This document shows positions 29,622 through 32,000 of a stretch of DNA of 32,000 nucleotides, piece after piece; position 1 is the stretch's first letter; the number at the start of each line of letters is the position of its first letter. Both the position numbers and the translations under genes were made by a program. The DNA is from Zygophlyctis sp. KS116 (Eukaryota > Fungi > Chytridiomycota). The notes beneath the pieces were generated by a model. That model was not told the DNA's origin. It worked only from the letters and a program-made list of their open reading frames with translations, and did no database searches. Location: assembly GCA_054661495.1 (NCBI GenBank), contig BAAFSQ010000040.1, forward strand, positions 24,148 to 56,147. The letters are read 5' to 3'.

Positions 29622-30651
29622 ATGTTGCTGATACTGATCAATCCACAATCAGGACTTAAAGCAGCACCGCAAGTGTTCAAGAAGGTTGTTAGACCACATT
29701 TGAAAGTTGACTTTGAAGTGCATGAAACTGCCGCTCAACACCATGCGATTGATTTGATCAAGAACCATTTTGTAATGTATCCGCAAACAAGCGAAATCAT
29801 GATTTTGGGAGGTAAGATATAGTATTTAAATCAAGGGGACGGATCAGTCCATGAAGTAATCAAGGGGATCTGTGATTTGGAATCTATGCCACAATCAGTA
29901 CAATTATGGATTATTCCATGCGGATCTGGGAATTCATTAGCAATGTCTGTAGGAGTTTATAGTCCTGAAGATGGAGTAAAACGATTTCTAAATAAGAATC
30001 TGATCAGGCCAAAGAAGTTAATAATTCATACTGTGTCAATGTCGTTCGAGGGGGAGTTTACATTTTTGGATTACTCTGTTTGCGTTATATCTTTTGGATT
30101 TCATACTCAGATTGTACGGCAATCGGAATGGTTACGATTTCTTGGGACTATAAGATTTCAGGTTTTATTATTATTTATTGAATATATAGTTGGCTGCTTT
30201 ATGGAACTTGATATTTTTCAAGACTTATAATTGTGAATTTACTGGAGAGGACTCTGATCAGCCTAATTTTAGGAATTTAGGATATTTTATAGCAACAAAA
30301 GTTGATTTTTTGGATAGGGGATTCAGGATCTGCAAAACTTCAGATATATCTAGTAATGAATTTGACTTGATAAGTTTGGAAAATGTATCAAGATTTCAAA
30401 TTGCAAAGTTTCTAAGTGCTGCAAGCTGTGAAAATACTTCTTCCAAGTGCAATCTAGATTATGTTAGTACGTGTAAATCAGCAGGATTTAGTTTAAAGCC
30501 GAGTACTTCAAGTGGGCGTACATCAATGACAGATGGAAAAATTGGAATTGTGAATGATATCTGCATTGATGGAGAGATTTTTGAAATACCAGATGGATCA
30601 TCAGTGGTTGTCAAGCCTTTAATAGATTCTAAACAAGTTTTTATGTTGTAA
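29622..30651 (+). CDS. Diacylglycerol/sphingosine kinase catalytic-domain protein
   Basis: 'LINPQSG', 'GGDGSVHEV' (restored by intron 29812-29835), 'IPCGSGNSLA', 'IDGE'; second intron 30162-30189. Confidence 0.88.
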
Positions 30652-30791
30652 TCTACGACGAAGATTATGTATTTTTGGGATCTTTTTAGGGAACTATTTT
30701 AATAGATTGGCAACTTGAACTGACTTAAGTCCGTTTTAGGTTTCCATACCGTTGTTCTAATTTTCATTTTACAGAAGTTGACTGATTTATA

Positions 30792-31818
30792 ATGTTCAAC
30801 TTTATCACCGACTCTAAACAGAAATTTAGTAGATTAAAAAAGCCTCTACAGCATGAAATCGAAGTATTAGCAGTCTTTCTAGCACTGTTCATCATCATTG
30901 TCCCTCTAGTCGGAGTTTTTAATGCAAAGGAAGGGGAGCGAAAGGCATCAAATGTTATCTTTAATTATCCAGCTACTCTGAATGGTTTCAATGGGATCGC
31001 TGTGGTTGGAAATGTTCCATTTGTGGAACCAAACAATTACAATTACAGAGTCAATTTGAGGTTTACCCCTTATGGCAACTATAGTCAAGGTGATCTAGGG
31101 AAAATCTCAGTCCCTATAATGGTTAAGATCAATGGAAGAAAGTCTGATGTCGTCGAGGCTGGAGATGTGATCCCCCCGCAAGATCTTACATTTACATTTA
31201 CAAGTGGTATTTTTCAATGAATTCTAATCAAAAATAGGCAGTGCGACAGAATATCCATTTGAAGAATATACAGATATATTAATGATTGTGGCAACAGCTT
31301 TCATAGGGAATGAAACTCTTAATATTCCAATCGCTTTTGAATACTCAACTTTCTTGCAGGGATGGGATCTTACATCAGATATTCTGTCTCCTGATCTTGC
31401 GAACTATCTGGAATCAGAAACTCAGTTTCGACGCTCAAAGACTACAAAATTCTTCTCTGTTTTCATAAATATTTTGATGTGGCTTCTTAGCTTATTCTTG
31501 CTAGCTATAACTGTTGGTATCTGGTTTAGAAAAAGGAAAGTAGAGGCCCCACTTTTGGCTTTTAATGCTGCATTACTCTTTGCCATTCCTGCAATCAGAC
31601 AGGTTCAGCCAGGTGTTCCTACGATTGGATGTATTGCAGATGCGGTTGGGTTCTTTTGGTGCATGGCTATAGTTTCTGCGTGTCTATTAGCGCTAATGTT
31701 AAATTACACTGTCAAGTATCAAGCAGATGTACCGTCCAAAAAGCACCTCAAAACTCTTTCTGTAACTGAAACACCCAATGCGAATGACCTTATAGTTCCT
31801 GTTCACGAAGCTCAATAA
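30792..31818 (+). CDS. DUF4436-like membrane protein
   Basis: N-terminal TM, beta-rich domain with 'YPFEEY', then three TM helices with 'LLFAIPAIRQVQPGVPTIG..D..GFFW', the DUF4436 pattern from memory. Intron 31207-31237. Confidence 0.72.
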
Positions 31819-32000
31819 AATTTTTACATGTAATAACTCGTTGAATGATTCGTCCAAACCGTTGAAAAACCTATCCATTCTTATCCGATAACAACTCGAG
31901 AGCCATTTGTCCGAACTGCGCGATTCAAGACAAAATTTTCATTTTAAAAAGCGAAAATTTGCATTCAAATTTTGTAGTCTAGGTCTTGAAACTCCTTACC

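Noticed and set aside
31819-32000. Possible ncRNA or tRNA in the terminal non-coding stretch
   Set aside because: No cloverleaf, box motifs or stable hairpin recognisable by eye; probably the promoter of the next gene.

Overview
Eukaryotic, AT-rich, extremely compact genomic DNA, most likely from a flagellated (zoosporic) fungus or relative. This is an inference from an axonemal dynein occurring alongside fungal-type DHH1/IWR1/PRP18 and chytrid-style ankyrin repeats. By manual splicing in the standard genetic code I reconstruct 20 protein-coding genes: DNAH2 (5' part), CCDC81-like, CXorf58-like, PRP16, IWR1, MMTAG2-like, DHH1, RVB1, STEEP1/CXorf56-like, NT5C3, RRP6, TOGARAM-like, PRP18, AlaX, BUD31, YjbQ, a MAPR/cytochrome b5 protein, a secreted ankyrin protein, a DAG/sphingosine-kinase-family protein and a DUF4436-like protein. 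The fragmented ORF track is explained by 55 hand-called GT-AG introns, all 23-33 nt, plus one tentative 41-nt intron. These introns have weak 5' sites, often lack a polypyrimidine tract, frequently end in AAG (14/55) and almost never in CAG (1/55), and skip nearer AGs, which suggests length-measured splicing. Intergenic DNA is only about 1.5 kb in total (median gap about 54 bp, with one coding overlap). The window is rich in splicing/RNA-turnover genes and ciliary genes. No RNA genes, transposons or CRISPR arrays were recognised. All intron calls and gene names come from reading by eye and remembered family motifs, not from database searches.
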